Source of the DNA: Bugula neritina
Taxonomy: Eukaryota > Animalia > Bryozoa
Assembly (NCBI GenBank): GCA_964035545.1
Contig: OZ037766.1
Location: forward strand, 7,368,722-7,432,721
Direction of reading: 5' to 3'
Length of the DNA: 64,000 bases
The first letter of the stretch is position 1; every line of letters begins with the position of its first letter. Positions 14,561 through 27,400 of the stretch are shown here, piece after piece. The notes below the pieces were generated by a model, which was not told the DNA's origin, did not search any database, and saw only the letters and a list, made by a program, of their open reading frames with translations. Made by a program: the position numbers and the translations under genes.

Positions 14561-14819
14561 TTTCATTCCGGCTTCAGATATTTTGTGCAGTTTTTGAATC
14601 TCAGAAAATCATTTATAATTTTACAACTTTTAGCCTATATGACTCTCAATAAAGTGTGAAACTTCATTTGGCATTTTTATGAGTGAAAAGTGTAGGAATT
14701 AATTGTTATATACATGTGATCTATGACTATCAAATTTTAGAAAATTCCCTAGTCTCCAACTGTCAGCTATCACAATAGAATGACAAATTGTTCCACGTGC
14801 TAGTCATGCTAGATGTATT

Positions 14820-14829
14820 GGAAATTCCC
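14820..14829 (-). promoter_or_regulatory. Consensus NF-kB/Rel site (GGGAATTTCC on minus strand)
   Basis: GGAAATTCCC on + strand, with a second near-match GAAAATTCCC at 14740-14749; lies between paralogs C and D. Motif match only. Confidence 0.35.
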
Positions 14830-14990
14830 AATAAAGTTCAATGAACAACGTTGCAGGACTCAAATGTTTGCATTATAATGTTTACAATGTAGTGTAAATT
14901 ACGTACTACTATATACTCACTGTTGCCAATGCTAATGCCAATGCTACAGCTGCTTATACTGCTGCTACGTACTACTACAAACAACAACAA

Positions 14991-15641
14991 TCACCACCAC
15001 CACCACCACCACCACCACCACCACCACCACCACCACCACCACCACCACCACCACCAACACCACCACCACCACCACCACCAACACCACCACCACCACCACC
15101 ACCACCATCACCACCACCACCACCACCACCACCACCACCACCACCACCACCAACACCACCACCACCACCACCAACACCACCATCACCATCACCACCACCA
15201 CCACCACCAACACCACCACCAACACCACCATCATCATCACCACCACCACCACCACCACCACCAACACCACCATCACCACCACCAACACCACCACCACCAC
15301 CACCACCACCAACACCACCATCACCACCACCACCACCACCACCACCACCACCACCACCACCACCACCACCACCACCATCACCACCACCACCACCACCACC
15401 ACCACCACCAACACCACCACCACCACCACCACCAACACCACCACCACCACCACCAACACCACCATCACCATCACCACCACCACCACCACCACCACCAACA
15501 CCACCATCACCATCACCACCACCACCACCACCACCACCAACACCACCATCACCACCACCAACACCACCACCACCACCACCACCACCACCACCACCATCAC
15601 CACCACCACCACCACCACCATCATCATCATCACCATCATCA
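14991..15641. repeat. Long imperfect (CAC)n microsatellite with CAA/CAT interruptions
   Basis: About 650 bp; accounts for the poly-His, poly-Val and poly-Gly ORFs. Confidence 0.95.
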
Positions 15642-16377
15642 CTATTATGCAAGATCAGCAGCAATAACATGTAACATTCTAAATGCTCCTGAAGTTGCAT
15701 TTTATTACTACCCAGCAAAATCTTGTTGCAGTGATTTGCCTATCCGATTGAAGATAGCTATAAACCCTTTTTCCTGATGAGTTTTAATGCTCTATAACAC
15801 ATTAGAAAAAGTACAATATATATACTAGAAGAAATACGAAAGCATTTACAAGTTGTAGCTGTAAGTTTAGTCATAACACTATATATAAAACACAATCTGA
15901 ATTCCAGTCACATGCATGTAACAAAACATAAAAATTCAACTAAAGCAGGAAATCACTCTGCATAGACTAGATACAGGTTTACATTAGTCAAATATACTAT
16001 ATTTACTTCCTTATAATTAAGTTGTGAGATAGCACACATGTATTATTATAACAACGCAGCGTTACTTAAACTGCAGTGAACAAACTATTTTATAAAGATT
16101 TATTCTAAATCTTTAAAACAACTATAATGTTATACCTATTATAATTCCATAGAAACCGTAAAGTAAACATTAAGTGCGTCATTACAAACACTAATTATAA
16201 AATATGTATTATAGTAAGAAGAAATTAACTTGATAACCGTAAACAGCTCATAAGAAATCTATTATAAGCCACTGTATGATGTCATTCCTGTCTTTTAGTT
16301 TTATCAATCCAAGACAGCAGCACTACTTGCAGCAGTACACAGCATGTTTTAGGTAATATTATAATAGTTGAGCTGGG

Positions 16378-16557
16378 AGCAGGTCTAGGCGTAGGAGCGT
16401 TTGCCTAGTAAACACAAAGACTATTGGTGATGCTAGGAAGAGCATCCAGTCATAATTGCTCCTGCGCCTCATCTGAATAAGTCCCTAGCCCAATTTCACA
16501 AAAACCATTTCTATCAGGGGCTTTTCACAGGGATAGCGATTATAAACTTGCGTGAGT
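16378..16557 (+). mobile_element. tRNA-Thr-derived SINE, copy 2 (B box deleted)
   Basis: GGTCTAGGCG...GCGTTTGCCTAGTAAACAC runs almost directly into ATTGGTGATGCTAGGAAGAGCATCCAGTCATAATTGCT...TTGCGTGAGT; collinear with copies 1 and 3. Confidence 0.8.
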
Positions 16558-17107
16558 TTTTTTTATAATAGTTAAGCTATTTTACATGAAGATAGTATTC
16601 TGGGGGAAAGAACATTTCTGACAGCTGATGAAATTAAATTGTTGACTAAATGACAAAGTGGCACATGTGGTTTTCAACCACATTTCTAGTTTCAATATGA
16701 AGATGGTACCTTGTAACACTGACTGGCATAGGAATTGTAAAGCAGTGAGTTCTATGCATCATAAGAAACAATGTGGCCAAGTAGAAAATTTCACCCATAT
16801 TTTCTTGCACTTTAAAAGCAATTCATCAAGATTATTGCTATTTGAGAATTTTTTCAGCACATCCTTAGCACAAATTAGTTAATCTAGGCAGATTTAATTA
16901 TATTAACTATTTATATTTAACAATTGCTTTATATATTATTAAATAAATTACTTAAAGCGCATTAAATAAAGCTTTGGTGATTGAAGTGGAAATGCTAAAA
17001 GCTGTAACTTTATTAGTTAAAGCTCTCGTTACAGTTTTTATGCAGTTGACTTTGTCAACACACTACATTTTCAAAGGACGTATCAAATATATAGGCAAGT
17101 CACGTAT

Positions 17108-17147
<40 letters not shown>

Positions 17148-19167
17148 AATAATGATCTTCCACATAAATATCATTTAAAATTTCCAATAGAGCTATGAAA
17201 AGTGTTTGGCTGAGTTGAATTAAGTGAAATTTGCAGCCTTTTAAAAAAGGTAACATAGCAGCTTAAATATGCTTTCAAACACAATAATATATCAAGAAAA
17301 TATGCCAATATATGCTTGTCTAAATGATGAAACCTACAATATTTTCTATTGCAGTTACTCACTTGTCTTCTATAGGTATTCTGGAGTTTTCAATATAAAT
17401 ATTTATGTTGTGTTTCAATTGGTCAAAAGTTAGCAGCTTCATTACTCTTTGGTTGAGATCAGATTGTCTGCTGCAATAAGTTATTTGACCAATAGAGTGC
17501 GTTTATGAGTCGCACGGGAGTTTTACTTGTTCAAATATATACATTCTATGTGGTTGCTGATTGGCTATTCTTCCTGATTTGCCAACAATTCCTTGTTTGA
17601 ATCTCTTTACCGTCTGCTACTCTCATTAAGAAATAAATGATGAACATTTACGCCACTCAGTGTAATTTATTCTGATGACCTACCAATATTACCAACAGCA
17701 TTTCAATTGCTTCTGAATATCATGTGATCAGCTGATTAGCTGCTGTACAGACAAGATGATGTTAACAGACCAATTATCCATTAGTTGGTGAGAGACAGGT
17801 TTATCTATCTGTTTGGAGAAGCTACTGCAGTCTTCAAAAAAATTTTATGCAAATAAGTAACAGTCTTCAAGCAAAAATTAAATTGGATTGATTGAATGTT
17901 GTTGAAATTTCTAAAGTTTGCTACAAACCCTGTCTGACTTTTTCTTAGTCACAGATGTTAATTGTATTAGGTTTTTAACTGCACTTATAGTATATTAAAC
18001 TTTCTCTGTATTTCCTATTCTCACCAATGTATTGTTATTATGGCATCAACTTTTTCAATTGATGCTAACATCATTTATTATAGTCTTGCTTTATAGCAAA
18101 AAAAAGAAAAAAAAACACTAATTCTGGAATGATTGAGTTTAATCAACTATAACATAGAAAAGCAATTGCATGCACGTGCATAACAATTCAAACAAAAAAT
18201 GCCCTTAAACATAACAATTCAATTAATTTTTGTATGTTTTAACTCCCTATCATAAGTAAAACCATCAGAATATGTTTGTTACATCTTTCTATAAAATCTA
18301 TGAATCTTTGATTTATTCATTTTAATATATCAAACATTGTATTCTTTATTATAAACATAATAATTATAATAGTCTCAGATTAAAAACAGTTCAATACATC
18401 AGATATGCAAATATACAGTTTACAGCTGCATGTATTTTAAAAGTAAATGCTAGTCATCCAGGCTAGCAATGTTCAAGCCTTTTGCAAAAGTTATAGATTC
18501 AAGAGATTATTAAATATTTAATACTCTCTGTATATGAACAGCATAGTGCAGAATTTTTCGAACTGCCAATGATATTAGAGATTAATGCACTTAACAATGG
18601 TTGCCAGTTTTCAAAATAATTATTAAAACTTAAATATCATTTTTTTGAAATGTTGTATTGCCTTGACAGTTATAAAATACTTTTTGTACGAGTGGAAGTA
18701 CATTATTAATATATATACTGTATATCAATAATTTTTATATTGTCTTGAAGGAACTATTGTGAAACATTGCACTATATATTCCCTGAAATGCAATAGTTGG
18801 TTGCCATATTGACATAATATTAAGCAAACATTGGCAAATAAGACAGACTTGAAATATTGTTTTCCCTTTTTGTGGATGGGTTTAATCTAGCCAATGAAAA
18901 TCAAGGTTACAATAAAAGGAAATTTGGATTACCCAGCCAATACTATTTAATTCAACTCTGGACAAAACATGGTCATTGCTAGCAACATTTAGGCACACAC
19001 TGTATTATTAGCAAAGTATACATTCGCCTACATAAAAAACTTCAATATTATTAACTGCTACTTTGCATATACATATAGCCTAATATTTATTCTGTACTCT
19101 ACAACTTTTAGTAAAAAGACTTTTGTACATGAAATTAATATTGAAACAATTTCTACTCAAGACAAAA

Positions 19168-20165
19168 ATGATTTTAGATTGTTTAAAGCTTTTGCTCGTG
19201 TGGTATTTGTTGAGCTCTGAAATCTGTTTGGGCTGCGTTAAACGTACAACAAAAAGAGCTCTTAACTACCGACTACAGATCGCCAAAGATAAAGTTGAAT
19301 CTGACAGATATCGACTTGAAAATTACAACACTCTGCACTTAGTCGAAGTTGACTCTACCAGAAATCAAATCTGTAACAGTACAAGTTTTAAGATGTTTGA
19401 ACAGAAAGTACAACCTCAATGGTAAGTATATCTATTGCCAATATATATGTTTTTATTTAAATAATAGTTAAAGTTTCTATTATTATTCATATTGAATTGT
19501 TATAAAAACATAACTTTATTGCAGCAAATATTTTTTAAGCTCTTTGATTAAATTCTTATATTAGGGATTGTTTTTTTAAATTTATCAACTATAACACATG
19601 TGTGTGCTTAAAATTTGAACATTGTTGACCTGCAATCAGACAGTCTTTCCACTTCTGGCTACTCATTATAAAATTTATAAAATGAAAATAGCAACAATGA
19701 AATTTTAAGTTTTTCTATTATATTATATTTAAAAACAAATTTGTAATAATAATTTTATTATATTATAATGTTCAATAATATCATTAATAACAACTTTTTT
19801 AGCACATATAATGTTTTATCATTTCATAAATCCTCTCTTTTTAATTAATAAATAACACATAATTAAATAAATAAACATAAAAAATTTTTTTTAGGTTTCG
19901 GGAGACTTGGCAAGCAAACACAACAAAAGAAGACGGGTTTGAGATATACCCACCAACTTTAGAACACCACCCCTGTTGTCCAAACTCATGGTGTGACATT
20001 AAAACTGGCGCTGACAGCTCTGTCCCAGGAGTAGTCATGGAATATAAAGACGATACTGTCATACTGAAGCACAAATATGGTAACTGTAACAAGAGAGGTT
20101 ATAAAATATATGAGCCTGTAAGAATATCATTATCCAAATCTTGTCACTGCGTAAGAGCAGGTTAA
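19168..20165 (+). CDS. Secreted IL-17-like cytokine, paralog D (174 aa from ATG 19168; alternative ATG 19129); exons 19168-19421 and 19895-20165
   Basis: Signal peptide MILDCLKLLLVWYLLSSEICLG. Donor TG|GTAAGT and acceptor TTTTTAG|G split a Trp codon as in C. Exon 2 reads WFRETWQANTTKEDGFEIYPPTLEHHPCCPNSWCDIKTGADSSVPGVVMEYKDDTVILKHKYGNCNKRGYKIYEPVRISLSKSCHCVRAG*, a clear paralog of C. Confidence 0.85.
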
Positions 20166-22755
20166 AAGCAGCTGTTATCTCATCAAACGCATGCTGACGA
20201 GATTAGTGTACAATTGTATAACTTAGACAAACCTTTTGGTCACTAATGTTTATACATACTATTTCTTAGCTAAGCACTACCAAGGCCCGGTGGAACTATT
20301 GTCATAATTTTATTTATCAATCATTTTTGCCATATCCGCTATTAATATTACTTATATTTATTTATTTTATACAAATATATACGATATTTTTACAAGGATG
20401 GTGTTACTGTGTGTATAGATATCTATTGTGGCTGCATGTATGATCAGTGAGTGAGAATTCACTGCATACTACCAGCAATCTCTATTTTATTTATCACGCT
20501 GATAAAGATTTACAACAATTTATATTATATCACATCATATTATATTATAGTATATTACATTATATTATATTATCTTACATTATTTTATATATGAAGTGTT
20601 TATACGGATTGCTTTCTTTATACACATGCTTGTGTACAAAGAAGCATGCATACTTAAACATTGTTTCTTTTGTTCAGGCAAATTTTTTTGCAAATAAATA
20701 ATTAAATGAGGGATTAAATTTGAGAAACTTTTTTCTGCAAATGCATCATTACACTGCGCAGCTGCAACTGATGAAATATTCAGGTATACGAGAAGCATTT
20801 TGTTTTTATTACTTAATTACTTTATTTACTTTATGCTATCCTGTAAAGATAAAATGTTCACTAATGTATATTCACGTTAGTAATATCATGCTGCCCATTA
20901 CTTGATGTGTGCATGCATGGAGGGTATAGCAGTAACATTATGAAGCTTTCTGATAAAAAAACAGACAAATTGAAACTACCTGCTGCTTGACTTTTGGAAA
21001 CCAACAGCTAGCAATGAATTCCATAAGTATTTTATTGCTGACTCAATAGATTGCATATAAAAGAGATGCATAATATATTGTTGTTATAATGATTTCATTA
21101 GAAGTTGGTTTTTTGAAAATTTAGGATTTCTCAGACCTAAGTTTGGATAAAGGATTATCCAATGAAATGATAACATTACTATACTATTCTAATAAGTAGG
21201 GAATTTGGTAAATTTCATTCTATAGCAAAACTGACTGCTGTGCAAATGAGTAATATCATGTAAAGAGCTAGCAATGTGGAGAAAACTCCTGCCTCTATAC
21301 TTCCTTGTTGCAATACATATCATAGTGAAGTAAGTGTTCCAGTGTTGTATTTGTATTATAGTAGCATTATGTCTTACTCAACTATCCAATAGACTGCCTA
21401 CTGGATGGAAAACAACAAAAATTTCTACTTGGCCCAGGGAAAGGCGATAGTCCAAAAGTAGACATGTATTCAGTGTATTATAACATGTATTCAGTGTATT
21501 ATAACAACAGTATTTGTTATCATCATGCTAACCAGTGTTGGTGTTTGTACTTAGGTGTGCCTAGATCTGAAATTTCTATTAGCAGTAATTAGTATGTGTC
21601 TTGAGTACCTTAATTGAATAAAAAGATTGTGATTTGCTAAAAAAATATATAAAATGGGTTAAAAAGAAATTGCAAAGCTTTTTGTCTCCATGTGTGGAGA
21701 GGATTTACGAACATCCACACAAGTTTCAATGTTGTTTTTATCAGACCATGTGCTTGGAAGTTTCCAAAATGTTTTTCAAATTATTCTTATAATAAGTGGG
21801 TGCTGACTTATTTTGTATTTTCCCCGTCATTTGCCTATATGTTTATGTTTGGAAAGATTGGTAATGCTGTCAGTCTAATAGTAAAGTGATACCATACTAT
21901 ATCCTATATACCTTGCTTTGGTTTTATAATCCACATGAAAGCTTTTAGGTACATTGCACCAAAATTTTATCAGAGTTTTAGCTTTTTATACTCTTTACTT
22001 ACCAAAAAGCAAATAAAACTGAATACAGTTATTAATGCAAGTATTCCTATTCTACATTAATAGAAAAAATAGTCAAATAAATGAAAAACTAAAAACATTT
22101 ATATTTGGGTTACTGGTAGGTGAATTGGAATCATTGCTTCCATTAAATCATCACATTTAAAAGCTCCTAGCCTTTGAAATGCCATTTTTGTAGACAGTAA
22201 TGCACTAAAAGCATTGACCAGTGCAGTTGTGACTTGTGACAGCAGTTAGCAAGATTGAATCAGCTTATATGCAAACTTCAAACTTTTTTTCTGATAGTGA
22301 TTAGACAAATATTAATAGAATAGCAGAAAATTATAAACACTGAACTTAAACTATTATAGTTCAATATTTATAATTATAAAAATGGTTTGTATTTGGAGTT
22401 GTACCCTCACCAAACAACAGGAATTTGTAGGCAAAGATCTCTAGAAAATTATTTTTTGATGATCAGAGGTTTTTAGGTTGATCACATATTTTGGAAAAGG
22501 GTTAAAGGTTAATGAATATATCGCGCTATATTTTGGTGCCTTGAAATTAAAAAGTCAATTTGATTTCAAAACCAAGTCCAAAGAGATGTAGGAATAAATT
22601 ACTTATACGATGTTTGGGTAGTTTTTGCCTACACCATTTTGACTTTGGTCGAATCATAATATCAAAATATTGCAAACGTTGTCCCAAAACCAAACTGTGA
22701 CAACTTACTTCTTACTTCTAGTTCTTAGTATCACTATTAGTATTAGTATTAGTAT

Positions 22756-23061
22756 TGTTATAATTTTCAGTTTTAGGGTTGATGTACTATCCAGAGAGTC
22801 TATTTGTCTATTATAGAACTGCACCAGGCTAAGTCGAGTGAACGAGTATATTTTATACACAACTATACATTATAAAAACACGATACATTATTTCAAACAA
22901 GTTACACATCTAATCTATTTCACACTCTAGCTTCGACTGAGTTAGCAGCGGGAAACTACAATTGCTGCTAACTATCAACTACGCTAATTGGCTATCCATT
23001 GTTCCGGGTCAATTACGCGACCCTACACGTTGTGCTGCTGGTAGTTCCACGAACCACCACA
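22756..23061 (-). repeat. 3' LTR (LTR-A)
   Basis: TGTTATAATT...CCACCACA; direct repeat of 31731-32036. Confidence 0.96.
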
Positions 23062-23095
23062 CCGCCCCCACCAGCAGAAACCTATCTTTCTGATA
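23062..23095 (-). other. Polypurine tract of the gag-pol unit with preceding hairpin
   Basis: Minus strand: TATCAGAAAGATAGGTTTCTGCT-GGTGGGGGCGG|TGTGG, abutting the 3' LTR. Confidence 0.85.
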
Positions 23096-23340
23096 TATAT
23101 ATAAAAAAACATTCAATAGTAATTGCAGACATCAGTGGACAAAAATAATACATAATATACAGGAAGAGACATAATAATAGACAGAGTCACGGTAACGATC
23201 CGTTGCATACAATTGGCCAGCTATAGATAGACGAGGAATACTAGCTAGCTGTGGTAGTAGACAAGGATTAACCTGTCTAGCAGTTAAGCATTTACACGAG
23301 TTTGGTTCCTCACCAAATGTGGAGTATTCTGGGTAGCATA

Positions 23341-24128
23341 CTAGAGTCCTTGTTGGGCACGCCGGTGCTTGGCTTGGCATGTACGCAGTTTCCGTTTCAT
23401 ACGGCATACGGATCCCTTGAGCTGGAAGAGTCCTGTTGTAGTGTTAAGTAGGTCTGGTGCCAGCTGGGTGAACTCTTCTTGTAATCGTAGGAGGCGTTCT
23501 TCTACTGTGGCTAGTCGTACCGGGTCGGGGGACGGTGTCCGTCTGCGGCGTAAGGGTGGACTGGGGGACCTGGTCCGTCTCTTCGCCGGGGTAGGGGAGA
23601 TCTCTCCTTCTTCTGGATATGTAGTTTCCTCGGGGGTGTATGTAATTTGAGGGCGGTCAGACACCAACGGGGATTGTTGGCGGGCGTTGTCTAACACACG
23701 TTGGAACCCCGAGGATAGAACGGCTAATAGCATGGCCTTCTTTACCAGAGGTCGTATATATGTGAGGAACTCCGGGTACAGCTTAGCGTCGACCACATAG
23801 TTTTCTCCAGGGAAACAGCCCGCCGCTCTGTGTTTGGTGACGGGGTAGGGATACACATCATTGTACCCGCAGGGGCAGAAGGTCAGTAGGAGGTGAGCAT
23901 TGACGTGTAGTTTAAGGGAGCGGTGAGAGGCGCAATCTTCACCACAGATCTGGCATCTCGTCCGTCCTCTGGACCCCCAGGCTGTTTCTATTTCTTCTTC
24001 GGTTTGTGGAGACACCCACCGCCAACGGCGGCGTAGTGGCTCAGGCCGGTCACCACTAGCCTGGTCCTCCGGATACGGAGCGGGAAGTGTTCTATCCCGT
24101 ACCCTGGTTGTAGCGGGTCGAGTGTAAT
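23341..24128 (-). CDS. Accessory ORF3 in the env position: C2H2 zinc finger, second C-x-C...H...C motif, R/S/P-rich basic tract and C-terminal coiled coil; probably a 3' exon of a spliced RNA
   Basis: CQICGEDCASHRSLKLHVNAH; CPCG...KHRAAGC; AKRRTRSPSPPLRRRRTPSP; LATVEERLLRLQEEFTQL. No upstream ATG, but a branch point CACTAAC (24154-24148) and acceptor CTTTTTCAG| at 24129/24128. Confidence 0.75.
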
Positions 24129-24441
24129 CTGAAAAAGTTTCAACAGTGTTAGTGCAGTACACTGCCGTGTTGTCAGCTTGAACAGCTTGGCAACTCCTAA
24201 TTCAGTTACCTCGTAGAGATTAATGATAGTGAATAGTCAGATAGAACCGTATTGCAATGAGATTATAAAAATCTCTAAGTCAAACTGAGTTCTTACTACG
24301 GTATTTCACTAACCTATCTCCAGCTCGATTGATTCAGTGAGTCAGAGCTGAGCGATGCAATCTAGTTTCGTATTAAGATATAGTTAACTCACCCCACGAT
24401 CTGTTGTCGTAAGACATACTGAATATGTGAAATGGTTTGAA

Positions 24442-27400
24442 CTACTGCTTAGAAACACGTCTACTCCTGACTGCATCAGCGTATGAAAAGATCGAGCAAC
24501 GTGGTTGGGGTGCGTGATTAAGACTTTGTGCCCCCGGCGGATGAATTTTATTTCTATTTCCGCCGATGTAAAAGTTGATATTTCCGTGGTGTTGACAACT
24601 CCCACATTTGCTCGATTCTTTTCTCGTACGGTTTTCCCCTAAACTTTCATGTGTGCCGCTTTTAACGCAGTCACATACGAAGTCCTTCAAGTATGCGGGG
24701 GGTTGCCTCGTACGCTGTCCCCTTTCTAGGGGGGGTGACACGCTTGCCGGTTCGTTAGTAGGGGCCTCTAATGGCGTCTCTACTTCACCGTCAGCAGTCA
24801 CCTCTTCTTGTTCTCCGGATGGAGCCCCTCCCTCCGTGGGGGTTTGCACTTCCGGAACCGGCTCGGTTTCTGGAAGTGATGGAATCAGACTTGGCGGTGG
24901 CGGACACGCTTCTGTTGGCAGAAGCTGCCGCTCCTCTCTCACCAAGTTTTCTTCCCGCGGTATGACCACTTCGTATTCAGGTCCATGCCGCCGTCGCCCG
25001 CGCGTTGTTGTCTGCCTTCTGGGCTCTAACAACGGGGGGGCTTCTCCCACTCCGCCGGGGCTAGCCCAATACGGTTTCAAGCGAGACTCATTCTGGATAG
25101 ACACCTGTCCTGAGCGCTCAATCTTGTACGTATGATTGGGCATAGCCTCGACGACCACGTAGGGGCCTACGAACTTAGGCTTCAGCTTATCAGCCTGTCC
25201 GCGGCGCCTACGGTAATTGACCATCCACACCTTATCTCCCCTTTGATAGAGAGGGGGTTCATCGGAATCTTCGTGCCGCACCTTCCACTGCTGTTGACGC
25301 AGTATATCGTGTGCGGCCTTCATCCGTTCCACTAGTTCACTGGCATACTCGTGAACCGAGTTATCTTGCTCTGGAACGTGATAGGCGAGATGGTCAGGGA
25401 CACGAGTCTCTCTCCCGAGCATCAAGAGGTTTGGGGTCTCACCAGTACTGGTGTGTGGGGTGCTACGGTATGCACGCATGACTTGTGGCAACACCGTATC
25501 CCATTCCTCTTGACCTCGTCCAAGGAGGAGACTCCGGAGCGCATCACCTAGCATCCGGTTGTTGCGCTCCACCACCCCATTACCTTGAGGGTGGTAGGGG
25601 GTGGTCCTGCTCTGATTTACTCCCCAGAGGTGGCAAAGGTCGCTCGTCAGTTGAGACTGGAATTGAGCGCCTTGATCAGAGTGTATCTGTTCGGGAAGCC
25701 CAAAATAACAGAATACATGTTGGTCTAGCGCCCTGGCCACTGTTGGGGCTGATGCATCTGGGATGGCCAGAGCATCCGCCCACCTAGTAAAGTGGTCGGT
25801 TAGTACTAGGATCCAATTATTGCCTCTGGGGGTCAGGGGCATGGGTCCGACCAGGTCTACAGCGACTACTTGCCAGGGCCTACCAGCATATAGCCTCCGC
25901 CGTCCTGCTTCACCAGGGGGGCGGCTATGCTTACTGGCCTGGCAGATCTCACACTGTTTGACTCTGAGCCGGACGTCACGCTCCATCTGCGGCCAATACC
26001 ACCGGAGTCGTAATTTGGACATCACTCGCTTGACCCCTGCGTGGGCCTGCTTGTGAGTATCCCAAATCAACTCACGGCGGATGGCTGTGGGGCAGACTAC
26101 CCTCTTCCTTTCCGGGTGTCTACCGCTGGCAGCTAGAGAGATGGTTAGCAACCCATCCTGCCCGATCCGCAGCAAGTCCCAACGCTGACAGTATAGCCTG
26201 AACTCGGCGCATCCCTGTCGTATGCGTTCCTCGCTGGGTCGTCGCCCTTCCCTTTTGGCCCGGTATATGTCTGCCACGACTCCAGGCAGCTCTTCTTGGA
26301 GCTTCTTCAGCTCTCGAACATTACCGGCCAGTACAGGGTTGGCGCGGAGGTTTTGTACATCCTCCGGGGATTCATCAACTCTCTGCCTGAGTTGACCTTG
26401 ATCCCAGCCAAACGGTGCTCCGCGATGAGCCAGCGTCTCCAACTCGCATCGTGGGGGACCTCCATCCCTCCTCTCGATGTTGAGACACTGCTTGCAACCT
26501 CCGTCAGGTCGGCGACTCAACCCATCCGCATTGCTGTGTCTCTTGCCCGGTCGATGTTCGATCCGGTACGAGAATTCAGCTAGGATTTCGAGCCACCGGG
26601 CGACCTGACTAGAGGGCTCTGCTCTCCTGCACAACCAGATCAGCGAGGCATGATCCGTACGCAGCCGGAACTTCCTGCCATATAGGTATGGTCTGAAGTG
26701 CTTCACTGACTTGATTACTGCCAGCAGTTCCTTGCGGGTAGTGCAGTAATTTCGTTCAGCGGGAGAGAGAGACTTGCTGTAGTAGGCTACTACTACTTCT
26801 CGGCCTTCCTGCACTTGTGACAGCACAGCGCCAACATTCTGGTCACTGGCGTCCGTGTCTAGGATGTACTCCAGAGTGGGGTCTGGGTAGGCCAAGATGG
26901 GCGCCGTTAGGAGGCAGCCCTTGAGGCGGTCGAACGCTTCTTGTTCGACTGGAGTCCACTGCCACGTCACTCCCTTTGCGGTAAGCCGGTTTAACGGCTG
27001 GGCTATGCCCGCAAAGTCTGGTATGTATTGCCTGTAATACCCTACCAGCCCCAAGAAAGCCCGGAGTCCGGTCAAGTCTTGGGGGGTGACCCAGTCTTCT
27101 ACTGCCCGTACCTTCTCGGGATCCGTTGCCACGCCGTTTCGACCGACAACGTGCCCCAGGTACTTGACCTCCGGCTGCAACAGAGCGCACTTGGAAGGTT
27201 TGAGCTTAAGACCGGCACCTCGGAGTCTCTCGAAAACCTCCTGCAGACGACTGACATGTGTCTCGAAGTCTGGAGAGATTACGATGACATCATCGAGGTA
27301 GACCAGCAGTGTCTTCCAATGGAGTCCGCTAAGGACTTGTTCCATCAGCCTCTGGAAGGTGGCTGGGGCGGAGGTTAACCCGAAGGGCAGCACCTTCCAC

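Noticed and set aside
14923-15777. Poly-His (284 aa), poly-Val and poly-Gly ORFs
   Set aside because: Translations of a (CAC)n microsatellite that is open in several frames; no splice or domain support.
23132-23407. 91-aa minus-strand ORF overlapping the end of ORF3, with a hydrophobic tail
   Set aside because: Short, no recognisable motif, in the probable 3' UTR; cannot support without conservation data.
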